From NCBI GenBank assembly GCA_002633005.1, contig NMRA01000031.1, positions 1,252,542-1,316,541 on the forward strand: DNA of 64,000 nt, written 5' to 3'. Both the position numbers and the translations under genes were made by a program. Below are positions 39,101 to 51,100 of this stretch, piece after piece; positions within the stretch are counted from its first letter, which is position 1, and every line of letters begins with the position of its first letter. Source of the stretch: Phoronis australis. Lineage: Eukaryota; Animalia; Phoronida. A model generated the notes under the pieces. It made no database searches. It saw nothing but the letters and a program-made list of their open reading frames with translations, and was not told where the DNA came from.

Positions 39101-42100
39101 CCTGTCTGAACGTAACGGCATCTGATAATTACTTCCGCCTTACCCCACTTTTGCGGTCACACAGCCATTACAACTAGCGCAAGTTACCCTAGAAGAAGTT
39201 TTAAACCAACCTCGATGATAATGTGAATTAAGCTGTCACAAGCGGGTTAAGTTACGCTAGTTTAAATCACGTCCAGACAGCACTCAAACATAGAAACAAC
39301 TCGTTCCAGAAGTAACTTGTTCCAGGGTAAGTGTGCATGTGGACGGCACTAAAACGACCCACCAATTTCCTGTCATGACGACTGAGCAGAACTCACCGTC
39401 GAAGTGGCAAAGTGACAAGTCACTATCCGGGTAAAACTCTTCCCGACTTGGAAACGAAATTCTGTACACTTATTTTTGGCAGGTAATGTGATAAAAACAG
39501 AGGGGCGGCAGGCAATCACTGATTCGATGTACATTACAAGATTTTTTACTAAATTCATGGGTACAGACATTTATAACCAAACGGAATAAATATGCGCAGA
39601 ATTAACATGTAGAAATGATCTTACGGAACATTTTTGAATGTTTAACAATAAACAAGCTCATTTTCTGAATAATGCCTTAGATCAAGGGGAACCTTATAGA
39701 CCATACGATTTTACAAGTTCTACGACAACGCAATGACAAAAGTGCATATCAGTGGATTCTGTTGTAGACATTCAGACAGAGGCTAATGGAATAATGATGT
39801 TGGAGTCTATGTAACAAAATATAAAATAACATAATAATTGTTCAGACTACTGTCAAATGAGCCATGAATGACAAAAATGTGTCTGTTGTAACCAGTTAAA
39901 GGCTCACTCATCCGTGCAGGGGTTCGCATGAAATGCTTTCTATGGTCACAATGTACAAACCGCATCTCAGGGTCCATGGCCATCAATTATCTGTCAGAAG
40001 CAACCCCAGAAAACATTGATCTGTAGGGCCCACTGTCTGACAATTAGTTTATCAGCAACGGTGAGTGTTTAGCGGTACTTGAGGACACTTAATCGAAAGT
40101 TAACCAATCTCACTTAAGTTGCCTTCAAATAGAACATTTTCTGTGATCCAAATAATATCAACGGAAGATCAGTTTCTTCTATTTTTCGGAGATCAAATTC
40201 ATGATATCTAACAAAATGGTGTTCATGAACATTATGGGTTGATATTCTGGACGAGATGGGAAGTTGGAAACATCAAGACAGCCCGAGACAACAGAATCTA
40301 AGAAAAATACAGAATCATTTGGTCCTGACAGTTTGAATCAAAGACTTCTGCTCTCAACCAGGCCTTCATTTATTGGACATTCAAATGGACACCCTGATTC
40401 AAATTTAAACTCTCTACTTAGATGTAGGATGCCCTGTAAAGTAAGCAAGTCACTATCGGTGTCTCTTTTAACTTGTTAGTAGCAGCTACAGGAGCTCATT
40501 GTCTTGCTTGGTAGAATAACACCTTAGTGAAGGTGTGATAGAAGATATAATACACTTTATTGCAAACATGTGTCTCTCCAATACCATGCCACACTATAGA
40601 GCCTTTCATGCTAACGTCGACGTGTTGATGGTTTGGGGAGTTGCGGTCAGTATGAACGCTTAACTCCGGTCCAGGATCACAGTTAACAGCTCCAGTTAAA
40701 ATCGCATTTAACAGGTGGATTAAAGACCGCAGCGTCGACGCTGCGGTGCAGTATGAACGCTTAACTCCGGTCCAATCGAAGTTATCGCCAGGTGCCACTG
40801 TTATCGTCAACAGTTACAAGATAGTGCCGTCACCAATAGCAGCTTACATTTTGCTCTAATAACCCATCGATTTAAAAATAAGTTTATGTCACTTAGCACA
40901 TGTAAATATTTCCAAATTGAAACAATGAAAAAAATCTTAGCGTGCAATGCTACTTTGCGATAACTTCGATGACGACAGCAGCACACAACCGCTTACTTTT
41001 GATGGTCATTAACTACCGAAGCCAGTATGAACGGTCCAGTTAACAGCGCTGTTTACGTCAACGCTGCCCTCAGACCGCAGTTAAGTCAATATGAAAAACC
41101 TAGTCACTGTCACTTGTAATGGATCATGAGAAAGTGCGAAAACCACTTTAGAAGCCTAATTTTTGAAATCCTGGATATATCCTTGTTTCCAAATTGTGTA
41201 CTAGAAAATGTTTAGATTCATGAGCATTGAGTATGCCCGAGAGTGGAAAACAGCAAGAAAATAAATCCTTTACAAGTCAGTTAGAATGTGTTGAGCCTTC
41301 TACTCCTGACTTATCAAATAAATGATAAATATGCATATCTATAGATGCACGCATGCACCTACACGTGTGCATACGCATGGTACGTGCACCTTGATGTGTT
41401 CTGGGACAACTTGACCATCTTTAATGTGTTGACATGTTCACACTGCCAACAAATTGTTGCAAAGCAACTTGCTTGGATTATACCCCATCCACATGACAAT
41501 TTGAACCTGAATCAAATAACACCAGATAATGTTGCACCAGGTCAGCTAAGCATTTACATGGCATGCTGCCAAGACAAAAGCCAGACAGTGGTATTATGGG
41601 AATCCCCAGTAACAATTTAGCCTGCAGTTTAGAATAATATGAAATGTAATATGTACAAAACTTGAAGAGAAGAAAATGCTAGTGTGGCATCACCAAATTA
41701 CGTCAAAAAAGTTTAACTTAAAATCATCATGTTCACATGGAAGTGTGTAGCAGCATAAGGTTATCAGAGAGCTCATAACTCGGAGCAACACATGGCGAAA
41801 CTGACAGAAAAAGACGAAAATGGAGATGATGATGATGATGATGATGACAATGATGATGATGACAATGATGATGATGACAATGATGATGATGACAATGATG
41901 ATGATGACAACGATGATGATGATCACGATGTCGATGATGAACATGATGATAACAATTATATGACGAATGAAGATGTTAGAAATGAGAAAGAAACAGTCTT
42001 GTTCAACAGAAGGCAAACCAACAAAAGTGCAGTAAGAATCAATCAACAAAAGAACAGCGTCATCAGAAAATCCTGAATAATTCGATAAAAAGATGTGACG

Positions 42101-45100
42101 AAAAATTGAAAATCTTCCGAAAGCACGTTTGAAACTCTAACAGATTAGTTTCATGAAATTCCACAAACTTTTTGAAAATTTTCAAAATTTGCATTTTTCT
42201 TGAAATTGAAAGTCAAATAACTAAAAAAATGGTAAGCCTGAGAAAAAAGTTACAGTTCACTTAAAAGAACATACCTTAGAGAATAAACACACAAAAATTC
42301 ACGTGATTTACTTATCCGGTTCAAAATGACACCCCAGCACAATAGAAAATTGATAAAAATACGTCAGATTCGACATTTTGAAAACAAGTTCTGGTTAAGT
42401 AGCACTTGATAATAGCTATCAGCAGGAAACTAACACATGAACAATACGTCCTATTATCAGGACAACTAGGAATGGGATCTTCTATTTTTTCACAAAACTA
42501 GACACAAACTTTTGGCCTCAGTTATGGAGTCATTAGTCCACACCATAATTAGACAGTTATGCATGTTAGCAATTTTGTACTTCTTGAGCACTTCTTCGTG
42601 CAAAAGCAGAACAAAAATTGCCAGGGGGTGAAGGATCTGTTCATAGCAAAGAAGCTCTCTCCTGGTTAGAACTCATTTCAGTTTTGCATTTGGCCATCTT
42701 GTAAAATGCTCCTAGGCTGTGAAGTATTCAGTCCCCTCCAAAATTGCCAGGAAACGGTGACTCTTGCAAAGTGACCTACATTGCAAGCGTTTTCGCTCCA
42801 AGGGAAAGTGATTTTAGCTGGTATGAGAACAGGTCTTAGACAAATAAATTCGAGACAGGCAAAATAGTTTCTTGCAATAAATTTTAGAAAAGACACCAGA
42901 CTCAAAGCTGAAAGACGGCCAATGCTTTTCAATAACAAATTGCACAGTAAAATCCCAATTCTGCATAAAAACATTAGCCTGGTATGTATGAATTCATGTG
43001 TACAGAGAAGGGAAGACAAGACAAATGAATATTTTGGGTATAAGATCCATTTATCAGGAAGTACTCTGCTATGTCAATTCACAATGCATTCCTTATCTTG
43101 GCTACAGGGCTGAAGCAACACCAAAATCCAGACCAACGTCAGAAAGGAAGTGTTTTTAAGTCATTACAAATTGATCCCTAGTATTTCCTGAATGTTAAAT
43201 TTATGATGAAATATTGCATCCTGTGTTTACCACATCAAATGTAAACCAGTTTCACAACTGAAGAAAATTGGACATTAAGTTGATGTAGAACTCTAACAGA
43301 ATTCAAAATGTCCAAAATTGGCTGAACTTCATCAAGTCCTTTCACATACTACGCTGCATACACAGTTCTCCAATATAGTGTTAGGAGTTGTTTTAAAATG
43401 CTTTACTTTTGCAAGAGTGATATCAAAAATTGCAGTTTGATGCTTTTCGTGTAAAAATCAAAAGTGCACACAAAACGAAAATGAAACATCTCGAAGAAGT
43501 GCTTCAGCACATTTAAGATTTCTCTTGAACATTTACATGAATAAATGACAATTGGTTAACTTATTGACAACGTTGTTTAGCTATGAATGTACCTTTTCAA
43601 TAAATTTCACTAAAAAGGCACATCCCCCAATTAACTGCGCCAAGCATGGTCTCAAGGAATCCGTCAGTTCTTGGCAAACCCGAAAATCACTTCCCATCGG
43701 AGTACGGAACAAGCTGAGCTCAATTCTACATCAGAATATGGTTTGCTTCATGAACAGACCAAGCGTGTGTATAACTTGCTCTCCACGTTCTTCTAAGTTC
43801 TCCATCATATAAAACAAGCCCTAAATCCTATGATAAGGTTGAATGAAATCACAGCATAAGCAGGTTATAAGGAATTAGCATTCAGGGTCTCCAAACTCTG
43901 CGCAGCTGCTGCTACCCTGAAGGGGGACTTGCACACGTATTCCACCACCAGGATCGCTAGTAGCATGGGTCGTTCCAGTCATCATCGTCCTATGTACATG
44001 TATAGCTTTTTGTCTCTGGTTTCACTGTATTACTAATTAGTATAAGAAAACTTGTTTGTTTGATTAATAACGACTTCTGAAGTTGTTACATGTAATTTAC
44101 ACAACAGACTAAGTTTTTTTTAAAGACTAACTTACGGTAAAAATAGAGTGGGCCACTTCCGTCTGCTCTGCATTTGGTGCAAAATGAGGCATACAGATTT
44201 GTATTTTTCGATGAATTTGCATATCACAATCTGATTTTCATTGCCCAATGATTTGTTGTTACCAAAGACTTTTTAAAGCCCCGGGGGCTAGGTGACAACG
44301 TTAAACATAAGCTAGGTCGTTTTTTCCCCCCGACTTACACAAAATCCCTAAATGACAAATTGGTTTAAAGCGTGCATGAAACTTTAATCCAAAAAATCTT
44401 GCTTAAGTCTTCTAGCTAAGTCAGAAAATGGTGGATGTTTTCTGAATAATTTCTGGCTTCAAAACATAAGAGTTAGTAGATATTTTCATACTTGCTTGAC
44501 ATAAAGACAATTTTTTCAGCCGCTCGTAGAGAGGATTATTTATTAATCGAATATTGTTAACAAGATCGCCTAGCTTGTCCTGTAATGATTGTTAAAAAAT
44601 ATCTCAATTGTGACATCTCCTCAGAACTGCTATACCCATGCTGTTGCTTTGCTGTGACTAGAAAATTGCAATGTCTCGCAAAGTATGCTATCTGACGTTT
44701 CAAACGAAACATTTTATTTCACAGTATAACAATGAAAGTAAACGTGCTGTAAGACAAAGCAAGTTCACATACATGGCCAGTAGGGCAATAGTTGGAGATG
44801 CTTGTCACAATCTGAGTCAGAACCTCAGTCAAGGAATATTTTGGCCAAAATTGCTAGTTTCCTTTATCTAAAGATTGTTTTAAGAAGACGTAAAAATGGG
44901 CTTGGATGAATCAGAACTACAGTACAGGGCCTTAAAGATCAAAGTTATTCTGGTTAAATCCTTAAATCGAATGACGAGGATAATATATTTTAGTTGTGTA
45001 TTTGACATTGAGTGAATTTGACATTGCTTTAAATTTCTTAAACTCATATGAAAAGCACTATCTAAATAGAAACATTGGTTCATTTGAGCTCAAACTCTTT

Positions 45101-48100
45101 GATTTCTGGTCTCTCCCTTCACAATGCTTTTTGACATGAACCTATCTGTGCTTGCAGTTCTCAACCTGTGATACCTGACTAGAGTATTGTTTGTTTTGAA
45201 AATGATTTAGAGATAATAAACCGAAACATTGATTTATACGATGTCTTTGTTTACGTATGCGTTGATTTTAAAGTTCATACTAAGCGAAGTTCGGTTGAAG
45301 CTTCGGTAAACCGAAGTTCCCCCAATGGGAAAGCAGTTTTACACCGCTTTTACTCCAAAAACAATCACATCAATTCAAGCAAAAACTATAGTACCAAGAT
45401 TTAACTAAACCGTCATAACTATACGTGGTCTAATCGTACACATTCGTTTTTGACAGACGCGGAGTCGCGGAGTTTATACATACTCATGCATGGGTGGGCA
45501 AAAACGTGGACCTAATGAAAAGTACCATATTACCGTGCACTAGCGACAACGCTGTGTCACAATGAAGTGAAATGTAGTACACCCTGACGTAAAGTAACAA
45601 TAAGATTCTTGTTCAACCTTAGATGAACGTAAAATGGACACAAACTGATGTGACTTCTCCAACATCAGATTTGGCACAGGCTCGTAACTTTACACAAAGC
45701 TGGCAAACGTCTGACATGGATACACTGCAGGGATACGGTGATGAATGTAAAAGGGCTTCAATTCAATCATGAATGACAAGTACGTCCTCAAAAGAATATA
45801 AATGTTTTTGAAAAACACAAGTCCCTAATTAGTTACTAATTAGTTGCACCAGCTTTCGACAGCTGTCATTAACTTATCGACTTACAAGTTGCAATTTGCA
45901 AAAAACCTATGACGAACACTCAGCAAGTTGCCCACTCATCCACTCATTATAAAGGCATACCAGAACATTAGGCAGAATCAAAACATTTGTGACATTCCAT
46001 ATGAATGTACAAGCACATATCATCCACATGCTCATAATGTCAAGATATAAATATCACATCATCAACGCCATCTGTAGTTTCAAAAGTGTAAAAACAGAAT
46101 TGACCTTACCTCCAGGGCATCTAACCGTGAATACAGCTCATGCCTACAAAATAGCTAGGTACCGGTCCATTAACACCAAAGAGGAGAGAGATGAACACCG
46201 AACGTCTCCATCAGGGCAATGCACAGCATGATGCGCCAATACAACGGCCTCAAGCCGCCTGATTTGAAAGCACAACAGCTGTGTCAAAAGAGGTTCAGGT
46301 GTGAGTGCTTCCCAACGGCCCCACATCTGACTGCAGGTCCGACTCCATACTGGAAGAAGGCCGCATTCCAATGACCTAACATGAGACTGATCTGTTTCCA
46401 AATGGCATTCCCATGTGATTAGCCATACTATATGTGTTTCTCACACTGATGTTATTCTAAGTATGAAAAATTGTTAAATTAATAATAACACGGGCCCACA
46501 TAGAAAACAGTGAAATCAGATGGGATTGCCCTCAATGAAAATATCACAATAAATAAAATAAATAAATAGGTCGACAGAATGCCACTGCGAATGGTTGGAT
46601 TTCCTTGGTGGATTCGACATCAGTTTATAAAGCATCAGAACAAATCAGCTCAGAGGGTATAACCCATAGTGGCTTCGCTCTGTTGGGTTTGTGGGCTTCC
46701 TACTGCCTATTACATTCAATCTCTCTGCTTGTGTGCCATCTATCTCCTGTCATTGTGTACATCACTGATTACTTCACTGTTTATTTCACTATTTCCCTTA
46801 CACATGTTCATTTTATCAAGTGCCTGAGGATGAAACCTGTACTCTTGAAGTACACCTACTGTTAACTTGTTTGTTTGTAATGCCAACTGGCAATTTGCAT
46901 TACAACTGTACACCGGAAGATCAGACACTGTGCCTAGAAAATGAACGTGTGTACAGTCTGTACAGAAAAGTGTCCAACAGCAAGTGCTGTGGTGTTTTCA
47001 ATCAAATTTGGAAAAAATCAAAGAGTACTCCTGTGTTTGTATTAATAGATGTGGTATGTACTTATAAGAAGAGTGAGGCTGTGTATTGGTGATACAAGCC
47101 AAAGGCCTGTACATTCCACACACACCCCAACATTGAACAGGCAACAATATCTCCATTCATCCAACACACACACCTGTAGTGGTCATGCTATTGTTCGACA
47201 GGCCTCTGTAGGCTTAAACTAACTGGTTATATGAACCACCTGTTTGCTGGATACCCCAGCCTCTCCACCTACCTGAGCACTGTGTCCCTGCCGTGTTGGT
47301 GGAGGTCTTCTACTGGCAGAGGTCAACACCAGGAGAGGATGGGAGTATTGGAAATATGCTCAAGTGTGTACAGTAGAGCTTAGTCAAGGCGGGCATGAAT
47401 GGAGCTGTGGTATATAGTAACCAGTCAGCACCCTTAATCAGTTGGGTAATGACTTGATTACATTCAACTTATCACAAGGGAGGTTGCCCACACTGTTGTC
47501 AATGGTTGGAAAACAAACGGCGATAACGGCAGATTGCAACAACCCACGCAAACTCAAATATACGACATCATCAAACAAAACAGAGTTAAACATGCGGAGC
47601 ATATGTTAGAACAATTATTGCGACATGCAACACATCGTCACCCCCTACTTTATAAACTGGACTGGTCCAGGTGAGAGAACCAGTATTAAATAACCTTTGA
47701 CCATGACTGTCCTATCAATACCCAGAAGTAGGTCATCACTGAAAAGTCAACATGAAATTGGCACAGTGCTATATTTAGGGGGCATGGTTTCAGATGGGGA
47801 ACAATCAACAACAGTGATGACAAACATACCATTCATAATATTTAGTGGCTTGGAGCTGTATTGTGGAATGTTGATTGCCACCCTAGAAACAAACCTATGT
47901 TGTTATAACACAGCTTTCTACACAATATTGGGGAACAGAACACTGTGGGCCCTTTCATCATTTTGTTATTTGTTTTGAGGAGTACCAACTGTTAACTTGG
48001 GTTCTAGATCTAAGTTAACAGGGCCAGTTAACTTCACAGTAAACTGGTGGATTTCACAGCGGAGTGTCGAAGTTGTGGTGCAGTATATACGAACTTCAGT

Positions 48101-51100
48101 CTCATCGAAGGGACCACTGCCATCGTCAATAATTAAAAGATAATGTCATCGCTTATATTTTGCTTCAATAATCACCAACTCAATTTAAAAAAATCTATGT
48201 CAATTAGCACATGTGAATGTTCTCAAATTATCACATTAAAAAATCTCTGCATGCACTGGCTGCATCAGCGCTGCCTTGCGATTACTTCAATGACGATAGC
48301 ATCACCAACCGTTTACTTCAATGATGTTAACTACAGGGCTTGGAATGACCAATGACAAAAAACGCGGAAACTTTTACGGCCCAAATCATGCGCGCTACCC
48401 AGCCTTGAAATGGTCGATGTGAACTTTGCCCCGACAAAAAAAAAACGTTACCACCATCAGTAGCATGCGTCTGCGTCCTTTTACCTCGTCCGTCCACTCC
48501 CAATCCACACATTTTTGGCTGCAGAGCCGTAGTATTTGTCGCCGCGGTTTACAATAACACGAGACGCCATTGAAAATCCCACCACGCTATCCCAGATGCC
48601 CCTGCAATGTTGACAATTTACGTTCCTCCGAAACATAAAGAGCAACTTCCGCTTTTCGAGGTGAACGTCGTCTGCAACGCCGCGGTAAGAAAGGAATTTG
48701 CCGCGGAAATTTTATATCAAATCCGATTTTTTTACGCGGAAATATAGTAAAACACGCGGACAGAACATTTTAAAAAAGCGGAAGTTCACATACAAGGTAA
48801 TGCTAAACAACTCTCGACTATCTTAAAGGTCTGCCCAACTAACGAGGATGCTTGAGTGTTTAAAAGGGTTAAAAACACTGATTTCTTAACAAAAACACCA
48901 AGAAACAACACCACCAGTCGACCAGCTGACAAATTAACATATTCGTCACTACCTGATGAAATGTTAATAAGCTGATCTCGAGTAACGGGCATTTTTTGGT
49001 GAACACATACGAAGAATCGAGACAACCAATCATAACAACAGTCACCGTCCAATGTGTTTAGATAGAAAAGTTGTCACATATTGCCTCTCCTTTTCCGGTG
49101 GTATATAATTAAGAAATTAAAAATAACCAGGCCTTGCAATTTGGGGTGGTGGTTGTGACAATGGAGTATTTGACCATGAAGTGTGACACTGGGAATGTTT
49201 AATATAATGGGAACGATCAAGTTCCATGGAAGATATCAGCCACCTCGCCCCTACCCCCCCCCCCCGCACTGCTGTGACAATGATGAAGGACATACTAAGC
49301 AGAAACTAAGGGCAAGAATGTCTCATCCGCCGGACAGCTCACCTAGACCTATCAAGCAATGTGTCTTGGAAATCAACAGTATTTCATGAGCCAACTCAAA
49401 AATGATACATGAAAGGGAAAATTCATAACAAGGTGACAAAGAAAAAGTTATTAATAGCATGCTTTGTTTTTGATGTCCAATATCACAAGATAACGCCATG
49501 CTTTTTCTGTTTGAAAATACCACATCTGGTTACATGCGCTAGCATTAGCTTGTGAAGTAAATGCAATATTACGTCTTGCGATAGTTTCCATAACGATAGC
49601 ATGACCTAACGATAACTCCGGCATTTGTTAGAACTACCAGAGCAGATGTAAAATGCTCAAGATTTAACTTGGCAGTTTGCTACTACTGAATTTAAATTGG
49701 TGGGAAAAATGCTCAGATAAAAACAAAACAAGTCGCGCTCGTGCAGATCCTAGCTACAACTGACATCGTGATCTTCTAAGCAGAACATTCTTACTGTTGG
49801 CGGGCGGCTCCGTTTGTCCTGCGTGACATGGCCAGTGACCACCATGACTGAGTCAGACAAGAAGGAAACATTTATAACTGGTGGTGCTGTGTCATGCCTG
49901 CTATCCATCCCAGCCTTAAATAAACTTGGTCTACTAATGATTTCCCCTATCAACACTCATTTCCGCTATAAACCTCCAAAATTAGCTCCAGTGAAGATAA
50001 AACTGATGGATCTGAAACCAACTGTCCATCACTGCAGTTTGGAGCCAAAAATAAAGCACTATATTTTCACACTGTAATTTTGAAGTAGTTTAAAGTTATT
50101 ATCAGTTACTGGACAAGCGTTCAGTGAATGGGCAATAGTGGAAATTATTCCAGTGAACGCCATGGCAACTCCCATAGCAACGAGTCTGCCCAGGGAGGAA
50201 CTCCTATAGAAATTGCTCATGGACTTACTGCTCACCACCAGATAACTTACTCAAGGTTAGTGTACCTTATCCAATAGTACCTGGAGACATGGTATCTTTC
50301 TCATTTTATTACCTTTGAAAAGGGATCTCGTGTAGAGATGATTTTAGAAAAACGTGGGGCAGTGGGTATGGGCGTATTGACCATCGTCTCAAGTCTATAG
50401 GTCAATTAGAAGGACCTATGGGATGATGTGTTTATTTCTAATTAATTTTAGCTTTCAATTTTTGTGGGGCCATAGGCCCAGTTTTGGCAATCGAAGAGCG
50501 TGAATGAAAGTATTCTTGCACCAATAACATGTAGCGTGCTTCTAAACCTATTTGTCTTTGAGAGTAAACAAAACAAAATCAGTGTTAAAGCAACAAACAT
50601 TGAGTGAAATAAAAGCTCTTTACAAAAAGAATTTTCAATTTTTGGTGTCGATTCTCTAAAATGTGGGCACATTAATTTCCAGACAGCACAGCCCCATCAA
50701 AAATAACCGTGTACCCCAGATGAATGTATAAAAATAATAGACTGTAACCCCCAGATGCTCGTCAAAAATAACCGAGTACCCCAGACACACACACACAATA
50801 TAATAAAGCAGCGGTAGCCCATCCCCAGCATTGATACTGGAAGGAATAGTCAGCAGGTCACAAGCTCGCTTGTGATGCTTTTCTGATGCGCGACGCACAC
50901 TCGAGAAACCGATATCTGATTGTGATTTCTATTAACACAATTTTGAAGAGCAGCGATCAATAGAAAACCCATTTGATGTTCACAAGAACTGCAAAATTAC
51001 AGGGCACAGGCATACATCATTTGAATACTTTAATTTGCTCGTATGTTATGTTGAAAATTGAATTACCAAATGAGTGCAAACGTTGGCTGTATTCATCCAA

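Noticed and set aside
41690-42076. Poly-Asp and poly-Ile ORFs
   Set aside because: By-products of a GAT microsatellite; no convincing splice context
48334-49136. Possible CAGGG-ended DNA transposon with CGCGGAA repeats
   Set aside because: TIR match is poor and no TSD found, so boundaries cannot be supported
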